Of a stretch of 64,000 nucleotides of DNA, positions 9,388 to 21,142 are shown in pieces. Source of the DNA: a candidate division FCPU426 bacterium (GTDB lineage: Bacteria; Oederibacteriota; Muellerivitia; Muellerivitales; Muellerivitaceae); the NCBI GenBank assembly GCA_963847625.1, contig CAWKAR010000027.1, positions 192,001-256,000 on the forward strand, in the 5' to 3' direction. A program made the translations under genes and the position numbers. A model generated the notes under the pieces. The model ran no database searches, was not told the origin of the DNA, and saw only the letters and a program-made list of their open reading frames with translations. Positions within the stretch are counted from its first letter, which is position 1; every line of letters begins with the position of its first letter.

Positions 9388-10227
9388 ATGAAACTCAAGC
9401 CGGCCGTCGCGGGCCAATTCTATCCCGGGGTAAAGAAGGAACTGGAAGGGGTTTTGGAAACCTTCCGGAGCCAGGCCGCCCCGGCCCCCTTGCCGGGTGA
9501 ACCGGTTGGATTGCTCCTCCCCCACGCCGGTTATCCCTATTCGGGCGCCGTGGCTGCCCTGGGTTATCTTTCCCTCGCTCCATTCGACATTGAAACGGTA
9601 GTGGTCGCGGGCCCCAGCCATTATGTTTCCTTCAACGGCATCTCGATCTTCGCGGGGGAAGCGGCCCTGACCCCCTTGGGGGAACTGCAGGTGGACCAGG
9701 AAGCCTGCCGGATTCTATTGGATTCTGACCGGCATTTCGCCGAATTTAAACCGGCATTCTCCCGGGAACATTCCGTGGAGGTCCATTTCCCCTTGATCCA
9801 GTCTTTCCTGCCGGGAGCCAAGGTCGTGCCCCTGGTCCTGGGCCAGGGGTTGGAAGACACCGCGGAACCGCTTGTTCAGGCTTTGGGGGCCTTGCGGAAG
9901 AAAAAACCGTTCCTGTTCGTCGCCTCCTCCGACCTTTCGCACTTTCCCGACTACGACACGGCCAACAAGGCGGACCGGCAATTCCTGAAAGCCCTGCTGA
10001 GCGGGGACGAGAAAAAAGTCCAACAAACCGACGAGAAAATCATGTCCAGCGGCCTCAGGAATTACCACTGCACCCATTGCGGAAGGGAACCCGTGGCGGC
10101 GCTGCTGAAGTGGGCCCGGGAAGTAAACGCGGGAAATATCCGCGAATTGCTTTACAGGAACTCAGGCGATGTCACCGGGGACCGTTCGCGCGTGGTGGGT
10201 TATTCCGCCGTGGCGTTTTGCAAATAA
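9388..10227 (+). CDS. amrB: AmmeMemoRadiSam system protein B (MEMO1 family)
   Basis: PAVAGQFYP, PHAGYPYSG, GPSH, EHSVEV, SSDLSHF, YRNSGDV, VVGY. Confidence 0.9.
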   Translation: MKLKPAVAGQFYPGVKKELEGVLETFRSQAAPAPLPGEPVGLLLPHAGYPYSGAVAALGYLSLAPFDIETVVVAGPSHYVSFNGISIFAGEAALTPLGELQVDQEACRILLDSDRHFAEFKPAFSREHSVEVHFPLIQSFLPGAKVVPLVLGQGLEDTAEPLVQALGALRKKKPFLFVASSDLSHFPDYDTANKADRQFLKALLSGDEKKVQQTDEKIMSSGLRNYHCTHCGREPVAALLKWAREVNAGNIRELLYRNSGDVTGDRSRVVGYSAVAFCK

Positions 10228-10490
10228 ACAAGAAACGGTTCATGAGTGAATAAGCCTGTTTGAAGCTTGAGCATTCCACCGCAACACGGGGGACCTAGGA
10301 CCAGCCTCGTTGAAAGGGGAATGGTTCGGTTTTATAATGCCGTAAATCCTTGTTTAAATGTGACGGTCTTGACCTTAAAATCAGGGCCTCGCAATGCCAT
10401 TACAACCCTGCCCTTGAAAAGCCGGTTGAAACTTCTCATGATGACTTGTGAAAAACGCCGGATATTAAGAAGAACCCATGGAGATGGTTC

Positions 10491-10994
10491 ATGATTGAGA
10501 TGAAAGTGAGGGGAATCGCGGTGGATCCCCAGCTAAAAACCCCCGCGGTGATCCTGACCGACGAGGAGGAAAAGCGGTACCTGCCCATTTGGATCGGCGT
10601 GGCGGAGGCCACGGCCATTTTTATCCAATTGAACGAGCAAACCCTCCCCCGGCCGATGACCCATGACCTTCTCAAGACCGTCATCGAGACCCTCGGGGCC
10701 AAGGTGAACAAGGTTTTGGTCAACGACATCAACCAGAACACCTTCTTCGCCCGGATTTACCTCGAGCTTCCTGAAATGGGGGAAAGATTCGACATCGACG
10801 CCAGGCCTTCGGACGCCATCGCCCTGGCCCTTCGCACGAACTCCCCCATATTCGTGGCGGAAAAAGTGGTGGTCAACGCCACCATCGTGGACAAGGATAA
10901 ATATAAGGAAGAAATGAGCGAGTTTAAAAAATTCCTCGAGAATCTCACACCGACCGACTTTAAGGACATCTCAGGACCGGCTGCGGAGAGTTGA
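10491..10994 (+). CDS. bifunctional nuclease family protein (DUF151)
   Basis: LPIWIG, PRPMTHDL, IDARPSDAIALA. Confidence 0.92.
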   Translation: MIEMKVRGIAVDPQLKTPAVILTDEEEKRYLPIWIGVAEATAIFIQLNEQTLPRPMTHDLLKTVIETLGAKVNKVLVNDINQNTFFARIYLELPEMGERFDIDARPSDAIALALRTNSPIFVAEKVVVNATIVDKDKYKEEMSEFKKFLENLTPTDFKDISGPAAES

Positions 10995-11133
10995 CCAGGC
11001 AAACCCGGGCAACAGTGAGCCCGGACTTCAAGCCGGAAATTCCCATGATGAAGGTCCATTCCGCTTTATTTTCCAAGTGGGTGGGGACTTGGACCGTCTG
11101 ACACCCTTGGAGTGATCCAGAAGAGGAGATGAG

Positions 11134-11466
11134 GTGTACGCGTCGAACCCGGTTTCCGGCCGTTTAACTTTGACGGACGCCCATTTTATCCTATTGTTCC
11201 ACACCACCCATGAGACCATGCATGCCGAATCGATCTTGAAAGGCGACCGCCTGCGGTTCAAGTTGATTCCCAGGCCCCGGGCCATCCAGGATGACTGCGG
11301 ATTGGGTTTGGTCATCGTCAAGGAGGACAGGAGCCGGGTCGAGTTTCTCCTGAAAGCCTCGGAAATCTACATCAAAGCCGCATTCCATGTGGAAAAGGAT
11401 GGAAATTGGACAAGGGAAGATTATCCACAAGCGCCAATCTATTACGACTCTCCACCCTCGGGCTGA
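11134..11466 (+). CDS. DUF3343 domain protein
   Basis: FHTTHETMHAESIL...LIPRPRAIQDDCGLGL; start uncertain. Confidence 0.7.
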   Translation: MYASNPVSGRLTLTDAHFILLFHTTHETMHAESILKGDRLRFKLIPRPRAIQDDCGLGLVIVKEDRSRVEFLLKASEIYIKAAFHVEKDGNWTREDYPQAPIYYDSPPSG

Positions 11467-11654
11467 ATTTCAGCTTTTCCATATTCCTGGGAATGGGTTT
11501 GGGATGGTGCCTCTATAAATGGCTGCACCTGGGGGGATGGATCATCATCGCCGGCTTATTAATCGGCGTTATTACCAGCTATGTCCTTTTAATAGAAGAT
11601 TTAAGAGCCCTCACCTCCACCTCCGGAACAACTCCAGATGAGAAAAAAGAATAA
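11406..11654 (+). CDS. AtpZ/AtpI-family small membrane protein
   Basis: Two Gly-rich TM helices at the head of the atp operon. Confidence 0.7.
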   Translation: MDKGRLSTSANLLRLSTLGLNFSFSIFLGMGLGWCLYKWLHLGGWIIIAGLLIGVITSYVLLIEDLRALTSTSGTTPDEKKE

Positions 11655-12060
11655 TTATTCCAACGCGGGTTTAACCCTAAAGCCTTTTTTTTGGAGAACC
11701 TGCCTGGGGACCCTGCTGGGAGGAATTCTTTTCGGCGCGGGCGCTTTTTTCACGGGCCGGGCCCACCTGGCATTGGGCTTTTTGCTGGGAGCTTTATTGT
11801 CCGTTTTGAATTTCCTGCTCTTGAATACGTTGGTCGTGAAAGTATTGGCGGCGGGCGGCGGGAAAGGAAGCAAGATTTTCTGGACCCAGCAAATCCTTCG
11901 TTGGCTCGCATTTGCCTTGATTATTTTGGTCCTGGTCCGTATTTCCTTCTCCTGCCTTTTAGGGGCGCTGGGCAGTTATCTTTGGTTCCTGGCGGTCCTG
12001 GCATGGCTGGGCTGGCAAGCCGCCCGCGCCAGAAAAAATATTAAACTTACCGCCGGATAA
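11638..12060 (+). CDS. atpI: ATP synthase subunit I family protein
   Basis: Four TM helices, GFLLGALLSVLNF; upstream of atpB. Confidence 0.75.
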   Translation: MRKKNNYSNAGLTLKPFFWRTCLGTLLGGILFGAGAFFTGRAHLALGFLLGALLSVLNFLLLNTLVVKVLAAGGGKGSKIFWTQQILRWLAFALIILVLVRISFSCLLGALGSYLWFLAVLAWLGWQAARARKNIKLTAG

Positions 12061-12271
12061 TAATTTTTTACGCCAAAAAATATTTTTGAAGGCGCAATTA
12101 CCCGCTTTTAAATAGCGTTGACCATTCGAGAAACCCCCATTAGACTACCCCTTGTTTTTCTGGGGAGAAATTTTTCTCAAAGTTTGCGGCGAGTCCCAAC
12201 ACCTTCCTTCATTTATTCTCCCGAACTTTCTGATCCATCATCGTTAAACGATTTGAGAAAGGCTCCAGTCC

Positions 12272-13102
12272 ATGCATGAGGCTGAGAACCCCATAATCAT
12301 TCCCACCCGTCTTTTCGCTTTCCTTGGTTTTGACAATTTCATCAACCCCTACACCGTCGCCCTGCTCGCCTTCGGCCTGGTGTTTCTTTTGATGTGGAGG
12401 GCCCGCTCGAACATGAAATTAGTGCCCACCGGGGCGCAAAATTTCGTGGAAATGGTTTTCGATTTCGTGCAGAACCTGGCCGAACCCCTCGTCGGCAAGC
12501 ACACCCGGTTTTTCTTCCCCTTGTTTCTCATACTTTTCTTATTCATCTTTTTCGGGAACCTGATGGGGTTGGTGCCCGGCCTGGTTTCGCCCACCAGCCG
12601 CCTGGAAGTCAATGCGGGCATGGCCTTGACGGTGTTTTTCTCCACCCACCTTTGGGGCGTCAAAGAAAAGGGCCTCAAGTATTTCAAGCATTTTCTGCCG
12701 CCTAAAATACCGGCCAACTCGCCTAACTTCTTCCTGAACCTTTTGATGAGGATCATCTACCTGGTGCTTCTGGTGTTAATGCCCATCATCCACGTCATTG
12801 GGGAACTGGTGAAGCCCGTCTCGCTTACCTTTCGTTTATTCGGCAACATGATGGCCAAGGAGAAACTTCTGGCCATCCTGGTCTTCCTGGTCACCGTGTT
12901 TTGGGACCAAAACCTTGCCCTGAAGATCGCGTCCTCCTTTCCCTTCCTTTTAAGGGTGGCCATCGTGATCCTGGGTGTTTTCGTCTCTTTCGTCCAGGCT
13001 TTCGTATTCATGCTTTTGGCCATGGTTTACATCGGGGGGGCCGTCCAATCCCATGAGGGCCATGAGGAAGGCGGGGAAGATCACGGCCACGCCGTTTCTT
13101 AA
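12272..13102 (+). CDS. atpB: ATP synthase Fo subunit a
   Basis: PTGAQN, GNLMGLVP, SLTFRLFGNM, VQAFVFMLL. Confidence 0.95.
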   Translation: MHEAENPIIIPTRLFAFLGFDNFINPYTVALLAFGLVFLLMWRARSNMKLVPTGAQNFVEMVFDFVQNLAEPLVGKHTRFFFPLFLILFLFIFFGNLMGLVPGLVSPTSRLEVNAGMALTVFFSTHLWGVKEKGLKYFKHFLPPKIPANSPNFFLNLLMRIIYLVLLVLMPIIHVIGELVKPVSLTFRLFGNMMAKEKLLAILVFLVTVFWDQNLALKIASSFPFLLRVAIVILGVFVSFVQAFVFMLLAMVYIGGAVQSHEGHEEGGEDHGHAVS

Positions 13103-13555
<453 letters not shown>

Positions 13556-13571
13556 GTCTGATAAAGAAACC

Positions 13572-13600
13572 TCGCCCAGGGGTCCAAGACCCCTGGGCGA
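13572..13600 (+). promoter_or_regulatory. perfect 13-bp stem-loop between atpE and atpF (mRNA stabiliser or partial terminator)
   Basis: TCGCCCAGGGGTC-CAA-GACCCCTGGGCGA; no U-tract. Confidence 0.6.
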
Positions 13601-13621
13601 ACATCTTGGAAGAGGGACGAC

Positions 13622-14110
13622 ATGGAATTCAACGTCAATTTTTTCATTCTGCAGCTGGTCACCTTCGCGATCGGAATATGGCTGTCCACCCTGATTTTTA
13701 TTCCGTACCTGAAAAATTGGATGAAAAGCCGCCAAAAACGCATTGAGGACCAGCTCAACAACGCCGAAAAGCGGCAAAAAGAATCGGAAGTCCTCAAGGC
13801 GGATTTGGAACGCAAGCTGAAGGATCTCGAGCAAAAAGCCACGGAGACCCTGCAAGAAGCCCGTAAGGAAGCCGGACGGATGAAAGACGATATTGTCCAG
13901 GCCGCGCGCAAGGAAGCGGACCTTTTCCTGGCGGACGCCCGGAAAACTATCGAGAACGAGAGCCAGGCGGTATCCCGCTCCCTTCAAAAGGAAGTCGGCA
14001 CCTTGGCTGTCGCCATCGCCGAAAAGCTCATCCGTTCCTCGATCGACGCCAAAGTGCAGGAGAAAATCGTGCAGGAAAGCATCAGGGAAATAAACGCCCA
14101 GAAGAATTAA
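13622..14110 (+). CDS. atpF: ATP synthase Fo subunit b
   Basis: N-terminal TM helix plus charged coiled coil; operon position. Confidence 0.92.
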   Translation: MEFNVNFFILQLVTFAIGIWLSTLIFIPYLKNWMKSRQKRIEDQLNNAEKRQKESEVLKADLERKLKDLEQKATETLQEARKEAGRMKDDIVQAARKEADLFLADARKTIENESQAVSRSLQKEVGTLAVAIAEKLIRSSIDAKVQEKIVQESIREINAQKN

Positions 14111-14133
14111 TCCGGCAGTCCCAGGAGTAGAAC

Positions 14134-14679
14134 ATGGAATCGGTCATCGCCGAGAAGTACGCCGTAGCCCTTTTGCAGGTGGCCCGCGAAATGAAAACCG
14201 TGGACGCGCTTGGCGCCGAAATCCAATCCGTGCAGGATCTCGTGGATTCCTATCCCGACCTCAAGGCGACGCTGGAGCATCCCCGGATCAAATCCCAGGA
14301 AAAGTTGGACGCTTTAAAGGCCCTTTTGGGCAACAAGCTTTCCCAGACCCTGGAAAATTTCCTCCGGCTCCTCCTGGCCAAGAAACGCATCAAGCACTTG
14401 AAGGCCGTCACGGAGCATTACGAACGCCTTTGCCTGCAGATGCAGGGAAAGGCTGCCGCCCGGGTTATGACGGCCATGCCTTTGTCCGCTTCCCAGAAAG
14501 AAGCCCTTTCCCAGAAACTCACCCAGATGTTCGGCTTGACGGTCGAACTGAAGGAGGAAGTCAAGCCGGATTTGATCGGGGGCATGATGGTTTACCTGGG
14601 AGACCAGCGCATGGACGGCAGCATTCTGGGACAACTGGAAAAGATGAAACAACGGTTGACAAAAGTGGAGATCGATTAA
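14134..14679 (+). CDS. atpH: ATP synthase F1 subunit delta
   Basis: IAEKYAVAL, DLIGG, DGSILGQL. Confidence 0.93.
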   Translation: MESVIAEKYAVALLQVAREMKTVDALGAEIQSVQDLVDSYPDLKATLEHPRIKSQEKLDALKALLGNKLSQTLENFLRLLLAKKRIKHLKAVTEHYERLCLQMQGKAAARVMTAMPLSASQKEALSQKLTQMFGLTVELKEEVKPDLIGGMMVYLGDQRMDGSILGQLEKMKQRLTKVEID

Positions 14680-14727
14680 GCCGTTTTAATATCGTGGTTA
14701 TAACATAAGAAATTCGGGAGGTTCGCC

Positions 14728-16230
14728 GTGGCCATCCAAGCTGATGAAGTGACAAAAATATTAAAAACCCGCATCAAGGAATTCAAACCCGAGGCGGAAC
14801 TCAACCAGGTCGGGGAGGTCATCAAGGTCGGCGACGGCGTGGCCGTCGTATACGGCTTGAAAAACGCCATGGCGGGGGAACTGCTGAAATTCCCCAACGA
14901 TGTTTATGGCATCGTTTTCAACCTGGAGACGGATTCGGTGGGCGTGGTGCTCATGGGGGAATCCCAGAAGGTCCAAGAGGGGGATCCCGTGTCCTTGACG
15001 GGCCGCATCTCGGAAGTGCCAACGGGGAGGGAACTTTTGGGCCGCGTGGTCAACCCCCTTGGAATTCCGCTGGACGGAAAGGGCCCCTTGAACGCCTCTT
15101 CCAGCCGCCGCATCGAGTTTCGGGCCCCGGGCGTGGTTCAAAGGCAGCCGGTCAAGGAACCGCTTCATACCGGCATCAAGGCCATTGATTGCATGATCCC
15201 GATCGGCCGGGGACAACGGGAGCTCATCATCGGGGACCGGCAAACCGGAAAAACCGCCATCGCCCTGGACACCATCCTGAACCAAAAAGGAAAGGACGTG
15301 GTTTGCGTCTATGTGGCCATCGGCCAGAAACAATCCACCGTCGCGCAGGTCGCCCGCACGCTGGAAGAGCACGACGCCCTGAAGTATTGCATCATCGTCT
15401 CGGCCACTGCCTCCACCCCGGCGCCCTTGCAGTACATCGCCCCCTATTCCGGCTGCGCCATGGCGGAGGAATTCACCTATAAGGGCGGCCATTCCCTGGT
15501 GGTTTACGACGACTTATCCAAGCAAGCCGTGGCTTACCGTGAATTATCCCTGCTCCTTCGCAGGCCGCCGGGCCGGGAAGCCTATCCAGGAGACGTTTTC
15601 TACCTCCATTCCCGGTTGTTGGAGCGCGCCTGCAAACTCAACGAAAAACTTGGCGGCGGTTCCTTGACGGCTCTTCCCATCATCGAAACCCAGGCCGGGG
15701 ACGTGACGGCTTATATTCCCACGAACGTCATTTCCATCACGGATGGGCAGATCTACCTGGAATCCAACCTGTTTTACTCCGGCGTGCGGCCCGCCATCAA
15801 TGTCGGCATTTCAGTGTCCCGCGTGGGCGGCAACGCGCAAACCAAGGCCACGAAAAAGGTGGCGGGCAGGTTGAAGCTGGACATGGGACAGTACAACGAA
15901 CTGGCGGCTTTCGCCCAGTTCGGGGCCGAGCTGGACAAGGTATCCATGTCGCAATTAAGCCGGGGCGCCCACATGGTGGAACTCCTCAAGCAACCCCAGT
16001 ATTCCCCCATGATAATGGAGGAACAGGTCGCGTCGGTTTTTGCGGGAGTGAATGGATATATGGACGGCCTCCCCATCGAGAAAGTCAAACCCTTTGAAGC
16101 GGGTCTTTTGTCCTTCCTGAAGAACAAGCGCCCGGAAATTCTCAAGGACATCAGGGACAAGAACGACCTGACGGACGACAACAAGGCGAAACTAGTGGCG
16201 GCCATTGAGGAATTCGCGAAAACCTTTTGA
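14728..16230 (+). CDS. atpA: ATP synthase F1 subunit alpha
   Basis: [29 protein letters not shown]. Confidence 0.98.
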   Translation: MAIQADEVTKILKTRIKEFKPEAELNQVGEVIKVGDGVAVVYGLKNAMAGELLKFPNDVYGIVFNLETDSVGVVLMGESQKVQEGDPVSLTGRISEVPTGRELLGRVVNPLGIPLDGKGPLNASSSRRIEFRAPGVVQRQPVKEPLHTGIKAIDCMIPIGRGQRELIIGDRQTGKTAIALDTILNQKGKDVVCVYVAIGQKQSTVAQVARTLEEHDALKYCIIVSATASTPAPLQYIAPYSGCAMAEEFTYKGGHSLVVYDDLSKQAVAYRELSLLLRRPPGREAYPGDVFYLHSRLLERACKLNEKLGGGSLTALPIIETQAGDVTAYIPTNVISITDGQIYLESNLFYSGVRPAINVGISVSRVGGNAQTKATKKVAGRLKLDMGQYNELAAFAQFGAELDKVSMSQLSRGAHMVELLKQPQYSPMIMEEQVASVFAGVNGYMDGLPIEKVKPFEAGLLSFLKNKRPEILKDIRDKNDLTDDNKAKLVAAIEEFAKTF

Positions 16231-16243
16231 GGAGTCTTAATCA

Positions 16244-17107
16244 TTGGCACAGATTAGGGAAATCAAACAACGCCTGAAAAACGCCAAAAATATCAACCAG
16301 ATCACCATGGCCATGAAAATGGTGGCCACGGCAAGGTTGAAACGGGCCCAACAGCGCATCCTGGGAGCCCGGCCTTACGCTTTCCGCATGACAGACGTGA
16401 TCAAAAATCTCGCATCCAGTGTCAGCGAGGATGAGCATCCCTTACTGGCTGTGAGGGATAAAGGACCGACCGCTCTATTGGTCGTGACAGCTGACAGGGG
16501 ATTTTGCGGCAGTTTCAACGCCAATATCTTCCGCCGGGCACAGGCCTATATCAAGGAAAACCCGGATACGGTTCTTCTCGTAGTGGGAAAGAAGGGCCGG
16601 GATTTCTTCAAGAGGCGAAACTACAACATCCGCAGGGAATGGCTTCAGATCTTTCCCCAGGTTTCCTTCGAGACGATCCAGGAAATGCGGGATCAGATCG
16701 AAACCCATTATGTCAAGGAAGGCTTTAAATCCGTCCTGACCCTTTACAACGAGTTCAAGAGTGTTGTCCAGCAGAAGGTCATCTTGGAAACCCTCTTGCC
16801 CCTGAAGATTTCCGGGGAACAAACCGAAGGGAAAACCAATTATATCGGGGGGGATTACGCCTTTGAGCCGGATGTGAACACGATCCTGGATTCGCTGCTT
16901 TCCAAGTACCTGGCCACCGAAATCCACCGGATTTTACTGGAGAGCTTTTCCTCGGAAATGGGGGCCAGGCGCAACGCCATGGAAGCCGCCACCAAGAACG
17001 CCAAGGAAATGATCGGCAAGTTGACCCTGGAATTCAACCGGGCCCGCCAGGCCATCATCACCAAGGAAATTTCCGAGATCGTGGGCGGCGCCGAAGCGCT
17101 TAAATGA
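16244..17107 (+). CDS. atpG: ATP synthase F1 subunit gamma
   Basis: ITMAMKMVA, DRGFCGSFN, RQAIITKEISEI. Confidence 0.97.
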   Translation: MAQIREIKQRLKNAKNINQITMAMKMVATARLKRAQQRILGARPYAFRMTDVIKNLASSVSEDEHPLLAVRDKGPTALLVVTADRGFCGSFNANIFRRAQAYIKENPDTVLLVVGKKGRDFFKRRNYNIRREWLQIFPQVSFETIQEMRDQIETHYVKEGFKSVLTLYNEFKSVVQQKVILETLLPLKISGEQTEGKTNYIGGDYAFEPDVNTILDSLLSKYLATEIHRILLESFSSEMGARRNAMEAATKNAKEMIGKLTLEFNRARQAIITKEISEIVGGAEALK

Positions 17108-17147
17108 TATTTTGAGTTTTTTAGAATAAAAAGATTTTAGAAATTAA

Positions 17148-18581
<1,434 letters not shown>

Positions 18582-18599
18582 AAGAAGGCGGTAGGGAAA

Positions 18600-19019
18600 A
18601 TGGCGAACAGCTTAAAATTTCAAGTGGCCGCTCCTGACCGGCCCGCCCTCGATGAGGAAGTGAATTCGGTCATCCTTCCGGGCGGCATGGGGGAATTCGG
18701 GGTTCTGCCGCGGCATATGAAGTTTCTTTCCACACTCAAACCAGGAACACTTCAGGTCCTCAAGGGCCAGCAAAGGGATCTTTATTTTGTCTCAGGGGGG
18801 TTTGTCGAGGTAAACCCGGACTCCGTGATTGTTTTGGCGGAGGCCTACGAAAAAGCGGAGGAAATCGACGTGGAAAGGGCCCAAAAGGCCAAAAAACTGG
18901 CCGAGGAAAAACTGGCTGAGAAAAAAGATGCCGGCGAGGTGGTGCAGGCAAAAGCTTCCTTGGCCAGGGCCGTAGCCCGTTTAAAGGTCGTCGAGGAATC
19001 GAAAAAAGCCAAAAAATAA
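18600..19019 (+). CDS. atpC: ATP synthase F1 subunit epsilon
   Basis: GEFGVLPRH, VSGGFVEV, C-terminal helices. Confidence 0.95.
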   Translation: MANSLKFQVAAPDRPALDEEVNSVILPGGMGEFGVLPRHMKFLSTLKPGTLQVLKGQQRDLYFVSGGFVEVNPDSVIVLAEAYEKAEEIDVERAQKAKKLAEEKLAEKKDAGEVVQAKASLARAVARLKVVEESKKAKK

Positions 19020-19256
19020 GAATTAAAAACCTTTGAAAAATTTGAATTTCAAAACACTCCAAAAGGTTGAATACATTCCGTGCGGAAGAAAAAAAGGCCT
19101 AGAAGGACAAAACACAATTCTTTTTCAAAAAAATAAAAATATAGTTTTTTTGATATTCCTTCGCACTTTTCTCGCTATTGCTAATGGTTCCCTTGAGTTC
19201 ATGTTGTAATAAACGGTAAAATATTCCTGTTTTTCACGTATTAAAAGGTGTTGCTC

Positions 19257-19655
19257 ATGATCGTTGGTACGGGTGTGGATTTAATTGAAATTGAACGGGT
19301 GGAACAAGCGCATGCCAGCTTCGGCTGCCGTTTCATTGACCGCCTTTTTACCCCCGCTGAAGCGGAATATTGCCTGAAGAAGAAAGATCCTTATCCATCG
19401 CTTGCCGGCCGATTTGCCGCCAAAGAAGCGGTGATCAAGGCATTCAGCCAAGGTTTCGGGGGCCGATGGAAGTGGCGACATATTGAGGTGGTTCGGGAAA
19501 AAAGCGGCAAACCCACCATCCGTTTGGAAGGCATCTTGGAAAAGCTCCGCGCGGAAAGGAAAATCAACCGGATTCATCTGTCCCTCGCCCATAGTAAAAG
19601 GGACGCGACCGCGACCGTGATTTTAGAATCCGAGCCATCGGGAGATCGAACGTGA
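19257..19655 (+). CDS. acpS: holo-[ACP] synthase
   Basis: GTGVDLIEIER, AGRFAAKEA, GKP. Confidence 0.95.
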   Translation: MIVGTGVDLIEIERVEQAHASFGCRFIDRLFTPAEAEYCLKKKDPYPSLAGRFAAKEAVIKAFSQGFGGRWKWRHIEVVREKSGKPTIRLEGILEKLRAERKINRIHLSLAHSKRDATATVILESEPSGDRT

Positions 19656-21130
19656 AACGTCCAGCCAAATGGGTTCCACGCCAATTGACCGAAACCCAAT
19701 GGTTTTGGTTCCTCCTTTTCATGGGCTTGTTGACGCGGATCCCTTTATTGAGGGTGGCAAAGGCGGAAACCACTGATGGCATTCTCAGTTTGACTTATTT
19801 CTCCCCAAACTTCGTTGATACCCCGCGGTTTTGCATTCTTCCCGGATATTCCACCCTGCTTTGGATCGGCCAATTTTTAGGTTTGGATGGAATCCTGTGG
19901 GGAAGGATCGTGGCGGCGGTCGCGGGCCTTTTATTCCTGATACCCCTTTGGAAATTCGCTAAACGATGGGTTTCGACTGAAATGACGGGAGTGATCTGTC
20001 TTTTCGCGCTTTTTTCCCCTTTGCTCTGGCAATGGTCACTGAAAGTCATGGCCGATACACTGTTTTTACTGTTTTTTTGGTGGTGTCTGGAAAGATTGAC
20101 CACGGCCTCGATCGAACAAAACAATACCTCTTGGCTGACGGGCTGCCTGGCGGGAATCCTGGCGGCCCTGGTTCGGCCCGAAGGTTTTTTATTATTGCCC
20201 TGGGTCATCGTGGTCGGAAAAAAATTAGGTTTTTTCCAATGGAATAGACTTGTTCTCGTCTTCTGGCTCGGGGCTGCCTTTTTTTTGGAAAAAAGAATCC
20301 TCACGATTTTAATAGCCTACCGGGAAGGATTGGGACTCACGAACGGTCCGGACCGGGTCCTTTTCCCGTTCATCAATTTTATCGAACATATCTACGCCTA
20401 CTTAACCCAGCCGTTTTTCGTATTTACCCCCCTTCTTTATTTGTTCGCCATCCTTGGAACGGCGAAAATGGTTCTCCGGCATGATCCGACAGGCCACAGT
20501 TTCAAACGAATCGTGCTTCAGGTTTATTTCCTGCTTTTGGTTTCAAGACTGGTTCCAACGACCTACCAGGACCGGCATATGCTTCCCTTCTTGCCGATCA
20601 TTCTCATCGCGGCCGGCTATCATCTGGAGACTTTTTTGGAGCAATGGCACGGTCAAAGCTCGGCCCTAAAAAAAACGCTTTGGAAAAATGGTTTGGTCAG
20701 TCTTTGCCTCTGCTACAGTGCCCTCTATTCATCCGCGGTTTTGATCGGCCAAAACGATTCTTTTGGGGACCTAAAACGTTCGGCGGAATTCCTGAAAACC
20801 CTGCCTCCAGGGGCCGTGATCTACTCGGATGAAATCCCAAAAACCCAATATTGGTCGGGGCGTTCCCTGCGGTATTTAACATTGCCTTTTAAGCCGCAAT
20901 CCGGGGATTACCTTGCGCTACACAGTTTTTATACCCAGCGGTTGGGGTTTATCGATGAAAGTTTAAAGAGCCGGCATGGGGCGGGCCTGCTCCATACAGA
21001 TCACAGCATGGTCGTTCCTTTGCTATCGGACTTGATGGAGGATCCGAGCATGCAAAACCGAACCGTTTCAACGGCCTATAGATTCCAACCGCAATTTTTC
21101 CAAAGTTTGGTTTACAAGATCGCCAAGTAA
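19652..21130 (+). CDS. polytopic membrane protein, probable GT-C (ArnT/PMT-like) glycosyltransferase
   Basis: Many TM helices; PGYS, LVRPEG and DRHMLP segments typical of GT-C enzymes. Confidence 0.6.
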   Translation: MKRPAKWVPRQLTETQWFWFLLFMGLLTRIPLLRVAKAETTDGILSLTYFSPNFVDTPRFCILPGYSTLLWIGQFLGLDGILWGRIVAAVAGLLFLIPLWKFAKRWVSTEMTGVICLFALFSPLLWQWSLKVMADTLFLLFFWWCLERLTTASIEQNNTSWLTGCLAGILAALVRPEGFLLLPWVIVVGKKLGFFQWNRLVLVFWLGAAFFLEKRILTILIAYREGLGLTNGPDRVLFPFINFIEHIYAYLTQPFFVFTPLLYLFAILGTAKMVLRHDPTGHSFKRIVLQVYFLLLVSRLVPTTYQDRHMLPFLPIILIAAGYHLETFLEQWHGQSSALKKTLWKNGLVSLCLCYSALYSSAVLIGQNDSFGDLKRSAEFLKTLPPGAVIYSDEIPKTQYWSGRSLRYLTLPFKPQSGDYLALHSFYTQRLGFIDESLKSRHGAGLLHTDHSMVVPLLSDLMEDPSMQNRTVSTAYRFQPQFFQSLVYKIAK

Positions 21131-21142
21131 AAGGAGTAATCC

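Noticed and set aside
10995..11130. c-di-GMP-I riboswitch (GGCAAACC start)
   Set aside because: The GAAA loop, GCAAAGC junction and second stem do not match; an Rfam scan would be needed
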